Source of the DNA: Balanoglossus misakiensis
Taxonomy: Eukaryota; Animalia; Hemichordata
DNA length: 64,000 nucleotides
NCBI GenBank assembly: GCA_040954595.2
Contig: CM082597.2
Span: 974,886-1,038,885 of the forward strand
Reading direction: 5' to 3'
The stretch's first letter is position 1. Every line of letters starts with the position of its first letter. Below, piece after piece: positions 26,752-39,300 of the stretch. The notes beneath the pieces are model-generated. The model did not search any database and was not told the DNA's origin. It was given only the letters and a program-made list of their open reading frames with translations. A program made the translations under genes and the position numbers.

Positions 26752-27314
26752 ATTTTATGTCGTCATCAGCAAACGTTTCAGATCATTAGGTCTGGTCTCT
26801 CAAAATTTCACTCCGTATAAAACATTCAGAGTCAGAACTTTTTCGGATGCCGAACAAAGCTGTTCATATGCAGTGGCGTATAATCTTCGGCAATGGACTC
26901 TGGCTGGGGCCTTATCGTTGAATTGTGTCGACCCTGAAAAACGCGTTTGCTATCACTACTTTAATCGAACCACGGTCGGTTTGCAACTGTAGCGGGCGCA
27001 CTTGTGGTACTAAAATGTGTACGTAATATGCTTTGAAATTTTTAAGTTTTGAAGAATTAGAGTTTATTGCCGAATCGCATGACATCTTAATATCCGAATA
27101 ATAACAATGACAACCTTGATTGAACACAGAGAGAGCACGAAACAAACACAATAAAAGCAAATCCGGAATTGTATCAATCTTATTTTCTTTAATCTCATTC
27201 TCAGCCAGATACATAATATACAATGGTTGGTTGCTATAGTTACTGTTTATGATTGACTGCTGCTTCATCTGTTGTGTTTCACAAAACGGGAGAAACTTTT
27301 CAAAATACATGTTT

Positions 27315-27320
27315 TTTATT
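27315..27320 (-). terminator. Candidate polyadenylation signal (AATAAA) ending the RhoGEF 3'UTR
   Basis: tttatt on the + strand, in a region that is A-rich on the minus strand, ~570 nt upstream of the Ig gene ATG. Position is plausible but there is no transcript evidence. Confidence 0.4.
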
Positions 27321-27595
27321 CTTTTTTGATGTTTTGTTTTGCAATAACTCTACACTTGGCGTGACTATATATATTCTACAGGGACAAAATAAAGGTAAAC
27401 AAAATCTGTAAATACATCAGAAAGAAATACAAATTGATTACAGGAACCTTATTCGAACTGAAAATAAGAAATAACTTTTAAGTTTAGAACTTTTCATCAA
27501 ATTCTGATAAATATCATAAGACAAGTCACACTCTGGTTTAACCCCAACTGTTTCCAGTGTCATGGTTGGAGGCATTGTGTGTAATGATGCACAAT

Positions 27596-28020
27596 GTGAT
27601 ACAAAGTAACAACCACATTGTTGCAATGATGTACATTGTAGCAGTTACATTACAGTGTAATACAAAGTAACAACCACATTGTTTGCAGTGATGTACATTG
27701 TAGCAGTTACACTACAGTGTAATACAAAGTAACAACCACATTGTTGTAATGATGTACACTGTAGCAGTTACACTACAGTGTAATACAAAGTAACAACCAC
27801 ATTGTTGCAATGATGTACACTGTAGCAGTTACACTACAGTGTAATACAAAGTAACAACCACATTGTTTGCAGTGATGTACATTGTAGCAGTTACACTACA
27901 GTATAACACAAAGTAACAACCACATTGTTTGCAATGATGTACATTGTAGCAGTTACACTACAGTGTAATACAAAGTAACAACCACATTGTTTGCAATGAT
28001 CTACGTTGTAGCAGTTACAC
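27596..28020. repeat. Minisatellite, 61-62 bp unit, ~7 copies
   Basis: Unit tgtaatacaaagtaacaaccacattgtt(t)gcaatgatgtacattgtagcagttacactacag repeated head-to-tail with few substitutions. Confidence 0.95.
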
Positions 28021-30346
28021 ATTGCACAGTGCAGGCTGTGAGAGAGACCCTTCATTCTCAGGCCCCGGCATCAGGGAAGAGTGACCTCCTAGAAAATGGA
28101 CGACCACCAGTTTTCTTCACTCTATAATATCCAGCCTTACCACTGTGTACAGACAGGGTTAAACCGCAGTGCAGGGACATAGGGTGGGGGAAGGAACCCT
28201 CCGTGCTTGTACATAGGTCCAGCCTAACCATAGGCAGCCAGAGGGTAAAAAACCACAAGATTTTGAAGGATTGACGGGGCTACGATCAACTCTATGACAT
28301 TAACTTAATCTCTATAATTCCCAAATATTTTACAACGACACAGATGAAGTGTTTTCTGCCCCACAAAAATTAGACAAACCCTACAACATCCCCTTTGCAT
28401 ACATTGACAAGGATAAAGGACCTGTCTTGTGCAATGTCGGACTCCTTTCAAGACCCACGCTGCTAGATACCTCATAATCTTCCTATTTGGAAGGTTTCCT
28501 TCAATTTATGATAGTTAGTGGAAGGGGATTGTCAAAAGATATTTGACATTCAATGTTTGCACAAGTCACAGAAGCTTAAATGAGTATAATCTAAACGATA
28601 AAAATGACAGAATATGCCCAAAGATCTAGTTTATGAAACTCCTATGTTCTGAATGCTATTCTGAATAAACTCCATCTTGAATATATTTTTGTACAGCAAT
28701 ATCAACAACTGCTGGTAAAAAGAATGTCACTATCTCAAACCCATCCCACCCTCGATCCAAGTGGTATAACCCATGATACAAAAGAGATTTGTTTCTTTAG
28801 TGAGATTTCCAGGGGTGTCAAGTTAATATTAGGTAACAATATTCCTTGTTTAAATATTTGCGATGCGATCTCCTCAACCAGCAGAGGGGCAAAGTCTGTA
28901 ACTCATGAGATTTTTTAGAGATATTTTCTTTGCATATTACGATAGCTAAAAAATCTAGATAAACACCACCCTCCCTATGTACAGAAATAGCACACAACAA
29001 TGCTTAAGTGACATAATCTGTGAAATATCATAGACGATAAGATAGCTTATATTGTCACAACGCAAGTCCCACTGTTTGACTCGAGATCTGTCTTTGAAGT
29101 CGAGTATGCAACTTGGATAATAATCTTCAAGCTACAGACTCCTGTCCTTGTCAGTGAGATCCTCTGTATATATATGTATGTGTGTGTATTTGATTGCAAA
29201 GTTTTTGTTGTCATAACACCTGTCGTTTGCCAGGTGCAGAATTACTGGATTTTGGCACTTGTGTATTTGTGTTCAGAAGTTCAATAGTGGGTAAATCAAG
29301 TCCGTAAAAACAGGACAATAACATTTCAGCCCCATTCCACATGTGTTGGTCCAATTTCCAAATCACGGGCCTCAAAAACTAAAGAACACTTGAGAAAGTG
29401 TATCTGATCATCAACTAAACTATTTACATTTCGATATTAAGCTTTCTATGTACAGTGTCCAGAAAATCAAGCACAATGAACTGCAATTGCTTTGACTATT
29501 TGGGTTTCGAGATGGAAAAGAAATAATAATAGGGATCACATTTCAGTCGCAAGTCTACTGTTCCCAATGGTGATGTATATTTAACACATTTACAGAATTA
29601 TGTACGCAAAATAAATAGTTGGGAAAGACTGGCATGGCCTCAATCGAATCATTCATCAAGTTGAAACAGTTACTCTGCCCTCTGCAGACAAAAACTGAAA
29701 TAGCTTTTGTTCTGGAGTTTGCTCGAATCTTGGAGCAATAATTGTTTTTGTGCATATCATGGCAAAAACGCCATTTAACCAGCAGCCTGTACAAATGTGA
29801 CATTCTGAAAACCTATCACTTGTCCGCACATGCAAACCGTCCTTAAAATAGAATCATTTTTGAAAGAGTAGCTATTACAAGTTTTCTACATGAACAGATC
29901 TGCCACAAAATCTACCATTTGCGCCCAAACATAAAATCCCCCACCTGAAATGCTTACTAGAGGCACTCTCAAAATAAAATTTGAAATTGTACATGATTAG
30001 GTCCGGACTTTACATGTTTATTCACCCTTGTCGAATTATAATACAGATGATATACTAAGTACATGTGAATCTTCATGGCACAAGGGTGGGGAGTATTTGT
30101 CCTGTAATGGATGCCGTCAAAACATCCGGTGGCCCAAACTCAAATCACTTCCCAGCTGAATGGCAGTCTTCATTTGCCCTGATTCCAGAGGACTATATAT
30201 AACCTGTAAGAGAACATACATATACAACACGTTAGTGCGATGCTTTTGCTAAAGATGATTGTTCACTATTGACCAAACCATGGTGGTGAAAGGGTTAAGA
30301 ACCCTGTCATACTGGCAATGACCAAAGCATTAATCTGACCTGAATT

Positions 30347-33300
30347 TCACACATGTTCCATTATATCTATGGTTTTATTGTCTTCTTCCGTGAGAGATGT
30401 ATCAGGGCTTTCTTGTGCCGGGATTTCTGGTGCCGGGATAACACTACTGGGTGACTGCACTGGGGGTTGGATAGACACAAACACAAACACATGGTGAACG
30501 GGGACAGGTAGACAAGAGCAGACCAGTGTTCCTACTAAGGTACATTTACATGCTAGCCCACACAAAACGCTCTCATAGGGAAATACAGTCAAACCTGTGT
30601 TAGCAGTCGCCTTTGTATAGTGGAACTTTCTAGGAGGCCAGTCTCTGTACATAACAGTTTCAAGACCATTGACTGGCTGCTATAGACAGGTTTAACTATA
30701 TTGTTTCCAATCATGAATCCCAGTAATTAGATTTGAGTTTTAAAATAAAATTAAAACTCAAGACCCAAAGTGAGATTGCAGGTTTTACTTTCACTTAAAC
30801 ATTACACTTTTGAATTACCTGATTCTTCTCCTGAGGATTCATGATGATGAAGATCTTCATCGACTTCATCTGGATCAGGCCCTTCAGCCGCTGAAGAAGA
30901 TCCGATGGATATAAAACTATTGGGTCGACTACCTCCCGGCTGGCTGGCCGGTGAGACAGATCTTGACCTGCGAGTGACCGTCTGGGATGGCGACTGTTCA
31001 CTATCTGAGAGGGTCAAGTCTTTGACATCCTCTGTGATCTCTTTGAGGTCATCACCCTCTTCCTTTACTGTCAGTTTTTCCATCTCTGTCTCCACCTCTG
31101 GTTCTGTTATCGTTTCCGGTTCTTTCTCGCTCTTCTCGTCTTCCGGTAACACACCCTGGTGGTTATACAACATAAATTGGGTTCAGATTGGACAGTTTGT
31201 ATTGGCCCTCAGTAGGCGTTAATAAGCATGAAGTAAACAGTTACTGAATTCAATGATTCTCTATTAGTACAAACTATGATATGGAAGACCTTGTCCTGAG
31301 CTTGATAAATTGCAAGAGATAGTGATATCCTCGACTTTCTGCAAACCGGTTCTTTGACTTTGTCAGTGAACACACATACACACACAACCTTAAATAGTCC
31401 CTGTTCCACATCATATCTGATGTGACTAAAAATTGAAACTGATACCAGATTCTACAACGCCAGAGATGTAAACTGAACCTTAATAAGAACAACAGAATGA
31501 ACTTACCAGAAGTGACGTGAGATGATCATTGATGGACTTTGATATGCTGGTGATTTTATTGGTGAACTGTATCGAGGTTGAGTGATGACTCGTCCAGTCT
31601 CCACCGGCCTGCTGCTCTGGTCTTTCTGCTGGTACTGAAATGAGGGAGTGGGGGTGGGAGGGTAGGAGGAAAGGGGCGACGGAGAGAATAACCATTACAG
31701 AATGGTCAGATAAATGCTCATTGGCAGACATCAGATGTTTTCCTATAAAAATGACATGACGTCCTACATATGGGTTGCAACTCCATTTCGTTTCAATGTG
31801 TGCGGACCTGTGTTTAGTACATGTACATGCATGCCTGGTTCTGTGAGATCAGGGAAACAACTGTACTCTACTCACCTGCTGAATCCACTTGTTGCACATC
31901 TGATATCCTGTCCAGATGGTCATTTGTCGTCGTTACAAGTCTGTTACTTTGTAACATTATTGCATGGACAATGTGCTTGGCGTCATACACTTGGTCTTCA
32001 TACTGTTGCAAATTCTGCAAGACAAAGATCTTATGTAACAAGGCATTCGCAACAAGCAAATTATCTTGCGTGTAAAACTAAAAAAAGCACAAAGTCTCAT
32101 TGTGACAATGGTGCGCAGGCTGTTAACACATCTCCACACACAACAGTTAAACATTAACTTTGACCCCTCTACTAACCTGATCACTATCTTCCATAGCATC
32201 CAGAGGCAGTCCCAACATCTCGGCAATAACTTTATTTTTCTCAACCAATGCACTATGCAAAGTCTCATTAATTGCTTTAAGTCTTTGTAATGGCGTTAAC
32301 GCAACATCAGGCTTATCAAAGTTCACTTGGTGTTTAGTCACCACCACACTGTCTGAGTCTATAAGCCTTGGTGGGCTTTGGATTTCCACAGAATTCGCCT
32401 TGTGTTCAAATCCCAAGGTGTCCAAATGATCCAGACTCTTGCTTTTGTTCTTCATATTGTACTTCTCCATCTCAGTACCATTGCTACAGGATGGAAACAA
32501 TTAGAAAAGGAATGTTACAAATTAAAGACCAGTAACTCCAATTTTGGGATATTTTCCTCAGTATTTTAGGGTATCAACTGCTCAGTATAATTTTTTTCCG
32601 CACAGCCATTTTGTAGTTCCAAGAGTTAAGAGTTACAGGGGCATTGTAGCTGTATAGAATTTTATTCAGGGTGTAAAAAGACAGACTGTGGCACTTAATT
32701 ATACATGTGTTGTGATTAGCAGTTTTCCAATCTGTAAGTATGACGCACCTGGGCAAAAGAGGCTTGACTTTATCTTCATCAGCTTCATTGAAGTCTAGAG
32801 GCAGTGGCAAAGCACTTGGTGCTGTCACTACCTTGGCCCCTCTCCTCTTCATTCCAGTTTTCATTGCATCTACTCCCCGTGTGATGTTCTCCGACCAGAT
32901 TTTTCTCTGGTTGCTCGTGGCTGCCACCAGCTCGTAAATCTGAGGTCCCACTTGTGATGTACTCACCAGGAAAAATGCCTTCTTGTCTGTTCAAAAAATA
33001 ATAAAATCAAATCAACATTCTTCTCCTGTCATCATCAATACCACCACAACCACTATCATAATTCAAGAATGTAGTGTACTTGTGCTCAGTATGGCTATAT
33101 GAGCACCACAGAACACCCAACTAAACATGATGTGTGGCATGATTGGTTTGGCAAGAGTTAAGCTCTCATATATAGGCATTAATAAACTGCCACTAGCTTA
33201 GATGGATCATGGCCTCTAAATACCACCTTCTGGACAGGATGAAAACCACTGTATTTTCCAAAGACTAGACAGGATGTGAGATATTTGAAAAAGTCATTTC

Positions 33301-36300
33301 TTATCAAACTCCTCCTCTTACCTGTAGCAACATTTCTACAGAGTAGATTTGTCAGCTTGATGATTGGACTGTGTGTGTTTTTCACTTGTTCCTGTCCCGT
33401 CTGTTGTGTTGTGCTGTGACACTTCAACACAAATCGGTTGTCATCTTTCTGCAGAAGGACTAGTAAATCTTCCAGTAGGAGTACATGGAGATCTGCACAG
33501 AAATCACACATTGGAATAGTCAGTGTGTGCATTTATCTATCCTGGCTGCAGGAGTGTGGAAAGTTGTATTCCAAATCTAATCAATTTAACAGACAGACTA
33601 GACAATATATAATGATAATGGATATACAAAATCACACATTGTTCTAACTTACCAATTGACTTGGTCCGTCCCTGCCTCCAAGTCAGTGAACCATCATAAA
33701 CAAGCTTCCGTGACATGAAATCTATATTCTGAAAAAAATAAAATAGTTGTCAACTCTCTTTCATGGTGTTCATATGTTCGCAATAAATTGATAAACAACT
33801 TGTTATAAAATATTGTGACATGTTCAAATACATAGAAGTGGAGCAGACTTACTTTATATTCACTTGTAAAACTATGACTTGATTTCTCAAAAGGTGTTCT
33901 GTCCGTCTTCTTGATAAGCTCTTGAAGTTTCAATTGATTTTCTGCTTCCCTTACGGCTGTATTCACATGAGCTAGAATATCTTTACAACAATCTCTGGCT
34001 TTCGTCACTTTTGCATGGTCTGGCACCTTGTCTGATGGGAGATCAAACAAAACAGAATTAATTATTCAGTTGTGTAAGTAATTTCAAACGTTTGGCGGAA
34101 ACGATTAAAAAGTATTTGGGTGGGGGACCGATCACAGGCAACTCTATGAGACAAATGCATGTCTTTACTAATACTTACTGGTTGTGTACTTGAGAATATT
34201 ATCTAACAATAGTGGATATTTTGTAAGCCTCTGGAAGACACATGGAATAAAATCTTTTAACTGTAAACGTCTACACAATGGATTATTTTCTGCATCCTGG
34301 AAAAGAAATAAAAAGACATCGTACAAATTAATTCATTTCACCATCACCATCATCATCATAAGTAGCAGCAACAAATGTCTGCTTTCATCTCAATCACTAA
34401 ATCATTACCAACACAAATGTAAACTGAAACTTACTGCTAAAAACTTGGCTAGTTTGTCGTCTTTTTTCTGCCTGGACTTCAACGTTTCCAACGCCATACT
34501 TTGAAATCTACAGAAATTAGCACAGGCTTCTTTCAACTTTTCACCGCCGTCACCATCAAACTGTAAGGAGAGACAAAGCACAAGTCAGTTAACTACATTC
34601 ACCGCCATAGTTTGGTCCAAAATGGTTTGGCTGTGGCAAAGTTTGGACCACTCCAAAGGGATATGGGGATGCAAGGGTCACCTTAACAAATCAGCATACA
34701 TTATATCCAAGCCAAACTATAGAAACACACTCACCCTAGCTAACAGTAAATCCCCGACTGAATCTATAGCATGAGCTCTTTTTCTCTCGTTCTTCATGGC
34801 AGAATTCAAGGATATGTGCATTTCCAGAAGTTCTTCAAGACTCGGGAAGAGCAGCCGGATCATTTCTTCCGGGACCACCTGCTCCTGCTTCATGGGTTTC
34901 ATGAAGATCTTGTCCATGATTTTCAGATTCCTCACGTGTGTCTTTTCAGTGTAGAAAAGTTCTACGGGGGAAAAAAATAATATGTTTATCTACATGACTG
35001 TGGGAAAGAATTAACTTCAAGAACACTTCAAGATCTCCCAGTCAATCAGAGTGTCCACCAATGCAGTGTTTTGCTGATGGCTCGACAAAGCCTACTGACT
35101 TACCATTGATAACTTCCTGTCTCTTGATTTCTCGCGGCTTGAGAGTTTTCAGGATATCTTTATCGATATTATCCTGCCAGTTCGGGGTGTCCTGCTCTGC
35201 CTCCATGTCAGAGTCCGACTCCACCCGCGTTTGGGAGACAGTTTCCATGGAAACAGATGATGACTCTTGGCTCCTGAAGATGGAGAGATTAGTATCAGTG
35301 TGATGGGTGTAATGAAATATTTGCAAAATATCATCAAAAGTGTAGTGCTAGAATGAATTGATACAAAGTTACAAAACTGATACTTACTTTATTGAGATAC
35401 TAGATGAAGAGCTCCCTCTAGAGCTGGCATTATACGCAAGTGACGACACCACTGATTGGTCCACGTCCACATCACTGGAGAAAAAAAACAAAAACACACA
35501 CACATGGGTATTCAGTGATTAACATAACTATGAAATGGGCCATCACCAAAATATATGCACATTTCAAACAAAGCATTTCAGAACAAAAAGGAATAAAGAG
35601 AGAAAAATAAATCAAAATAAAAAGTAAAGAGATAGTTTAGAAGTATAGTTTCCCTGCAGTGAAACCTGTTATTGTTCAGCTCTAGCTAAACATATACCAA
35701 GTTGGCCTCTAGTATCAGTTTTGAAAAGATGGTTATTTTGATGTAGCATAACAACTATCAGGCTGTAGGAATTGATTCCTTTGCTAGCTTGGGTATGGGT
35801 TGTCTCATTCTGACAATTATCAGGTATGACTGTTTGAGTTTAATTTTCACAATGCCCCTTTTTCTACTGCGAGGGTGTACCTGTGTATAACTTTGTATGA
35901 TGTAGTGTGATTTCAATAATCCAAAAGTAACGTTTAAAGAAAGCACACGTCTGTTATAGACACTCATCAAGTTTATCAATTATGATTAATATGCATATTA
36001 ATTGCAAAATAAAAGTCCTATAAAAGGCAAATGGACAACTGGAAAACCACAAGTCGAATATTTTCTGATTGGTAGGGAACACACAATCAGGAACCAATCA
36101 CAATTGAGATGCAGTTGACAACAGGTGGACTTAGCATGCTATTATTCATACTGTCTATGTTAGATCAGTCATTGGACAGCTATTACTTCAACAGGTTTCA
36201 CTTCGCTTGTTATTAAACCTTCCTAGAGTGACAAAACAAAAAAACGAAAACAAAGAAAAAAAAACCGAAAAGGCACTTTGCAGAAAAACAAAAAGCAAAC

Positions 36301-39300
36301 ACATATCCCTTATCTTTACAACAACAAAAATCTTAAGCGCTTTTAACACCCACTTTGCCAAGTTAGAGATTATACCAGTTACTTTTTTTTAAAAAGTGCA
36401 GTGCAGATGAAAAAGAAAGTTTAACGGACACTTACTCTACTGATCTGGTATGTCTCAGATGACTAAATTAGTTCCAAGACGGAAAACAAAAGAAAATATG
36501 GAAGGAGGGAGAGATTAACAGAAAGTGATATGCTGACATTAGGCAATGAATGGAATCTGCTTTAACCCTTTCACCCCATTCCCTTTAAAGCGATCCAACT
36601 TTACCACAGAAAACAATGGGTTTGGACCAAACTATGGCGGTGAAAGGGTTAATATACTTTTATCTCTGGATTATTCTTTGATAGTGAAGCTGATTATAAA
36701 TTGCTTGATGTTTTATTAATTTTTTGTCTAAATAGAATTAAATTAAATACTTAGGATAAGGGTAAAGCAGGGATTTTAAGACAAGGAAAGGTATGTATGG
36801 GCAAGTGTTAGAAGGCTGAGAAAAGAATTGAAATTCCTTTTTTGTGTGTTTCTCCAAATAGTGGTTTGAACACCCAAGGGATTGTAGGTGACATTTCAGG
36901 AGAGTAGGAAGCTTAGGAATAGCTGAAGCAAGCAGTGAGTGCTTAGGTAGAGTTGTGCATTATCGAATATCTAATCAGTGACTTGCCGAGTGGGCCTTTA
37001 AAATATTTTGTTTTTCTTTTTTTCCATAACTGTGGGTAACGTGTTTATTTAAGGGGAGAGAGAGAGTGATTTGTTGTCACGACAACTGGTTGCAATGGTG
37101 ACTTTCTTACCTTTTTGACCTTTTCTCTTGACCATGTGTCTTCCTCCGTAGGTCATCCTAATAAACACAAGAATGAAGTTTAGTCACCCAAATTTTGAAT
37201 GAGACAGCAAATATTACGTAAATACATTTCTCTGTACAGAATCCAGTGCGATGCATTCACACACAAAGCAATAATGTAAACTGAGTAACAACATCGATGA
37301 GTAAACTTACATGATTTCTCAAGCTTCCTGATCTCACAACTTTGTTAGACTTCTCCGGTTTCTCGGCGTCGAATCGATCCACAAGTACATCCGGACTTTC
37401 GCTCCTGGGAGTGACAGGACTGGTGACTTCTTTGCTATCTTGCATTTCTTCCATCTCTTCAATAATTTTGCCCACTTTATTGCTGCCCCTCAGATATGCT
37501 GTGTAGTGCAAATGTGAGATTTAGCACACCGCATTGGGCCTAATACCCTCTCTGACAAAACTAGAGGCAAACCCCATCAAACAACACTACATACACGACT
37601 GTTCATATATCACATCGTTTTGTAATTCTGATCTGATAGGTGGATTAATTGCATCATCTTTACTCTTATTGGTGGGTTCCCTGTGTATCTCTGATCTGAT
37701 TGGTACATGCAACACTCACCCAACTCATCATCTTCCTTGTCATGCAAAGACTGGATCTGAGGCGACGTGTGACCACCAGGTGGTGTGACAGCTTGCGTCT
37801 GAGGTTGTGTCGGGGGCTGGTCTGTGGCGTGTGATGACGAGAAGGCTGTAAACGGAAATCGCTCCCTATCCTTTTCATCTTTTATCTTTTGTGCCTCTTT
37901 GACTGCGATGGAAGTTAAATAACATTTCTCGTCATTGAAGTTATTTAGAAATGGATGACAAAATTAATGAACACAATCAAACAATCATGTCAGCGTTGCG
38001 CAGATCAAAACATGTCCATAAACACATTAAGACAAATCCACCTTCCACCAACCAATGCCATGTTCTTAATTTTAATCAAGTGAAAAAATGAGGACTTTGG
38101 CTGTGATATTGACAATTATTAGCAATCACATCAGTTTTTCATAGTGTTTGCTTGTAAACTGGGAACTACGAAACAGACAGTTGCCAGTTTACATACTTGA
38201 GGCTGGTTGGTGGTCGATGTAAGTTTTGTTTCACGACAAAAGTTAATACTATCTAAGCAAAACAACAGCAGGCATATTAATAGCAACCAATATAAAGCCA
38301 ATATATTACATCATCAGCTGCACACAAAGATTTAAATACAAGTAAAATGCCAATTTAATATAAACAAAAAAAAAAACTAATATAAAAAGACGTATAAAAT
38401 AAACTTCTCCATGGTTAAAATTAAATTTAAAAATCCCATTTTTTTCAAAACTAAAATGACACTCCACTCTAAAGTTTTTCCAGCCATGCATGATTAGTTA
38501 AGGTTTTAATGAGGGCACCGCAAAAACTTAAATGGTTAAAAGTTAGATCAGAATGAATGGGGGGAAAAAGTTCAAAGGTATTCACAGGTAACTAAGAGCG
38601 TCTCATCCCAGCTGTGGGGGAGGGGGAGGGGAGGGGTGTCGAGGGAGAGGAGACAGGAGGGGTAACATCACTTAAACAGAACAGCTTAACAGAAATTGCA
38701 GAGAGTCTACATTGAGGCAGGTATAATGAATGAATCATTCCAGCTTTTTCCGAATCAAACAAGACAAACTGCATGAACATGAAGTTATGTGAAAAGAGCC
38801 ATTTTCCCATTGCTGGCATTGAGGGCACTACACACCAGTTTCCATTGAAGCTGCATTGCATACAGAGAATGAAATAGCAAGAAAGAGGGTAACCGCTTTT
38901 CCCATTGCTAACATTGAGGGCAGGACACAAATTAGTTTCATTCGAAAGCTGTGCTTTGTAAAGAGGGAAACAGGTCCAAGCTCAGAAGAAAAGCAGTTCT
39001 TTTTTGGCATGGTTGTTTATCAATAACAATACCAAACTGTTTGTAAACAACAAGTGTTAAAGCTTTGCTTCATTTTGAGAGCAGGGTATTTTCATTTAGA
39101 TGTTAGGGGCTATTTGTGGAGTTCTCTTTCAAGATCTTATTTTAATCCAAGAGCTTGAGCCAGAATTTGGATAAACTGCTGCTGATAGTTTAAAATTCAA
39201 CAAACAGGAGAGTGTTCACGTGACACAACAGACTACGCATGACAGCACAACATAGAAATGAACAGTACTATCACACGGGACACAAAATAAAAAGTAATGG

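Noticed and set aside
27596-28020. Regularly spaced repeats with palindromic parts resembling a CRISPR array
   Set aside because: The units are contiguous and near-identical with no unique spacers, there are no cas genes, and the context is eukaryotic. It is a minisatellite.
31290-31360. Exon-like segment between RhoGEF exons 31507 and 31155
   Set aside because: The candidate splice sites give phases incompatible with the flanking phase-0 junction, which already joins cleanly.
30905-35303. Multiple plus-strand ORFs overlapping RhoGEF exons
   Set aside because: Antisense shadows of real minus-strand exons with no independent gene structure.
36988-36998. Possible 9-nt microexon GCCCACTCG with a gcaagt donor
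   Set aside because: The A-rich upstream sequence has no pyrimidine tract and the donor is non-canonical. Too weak to call.
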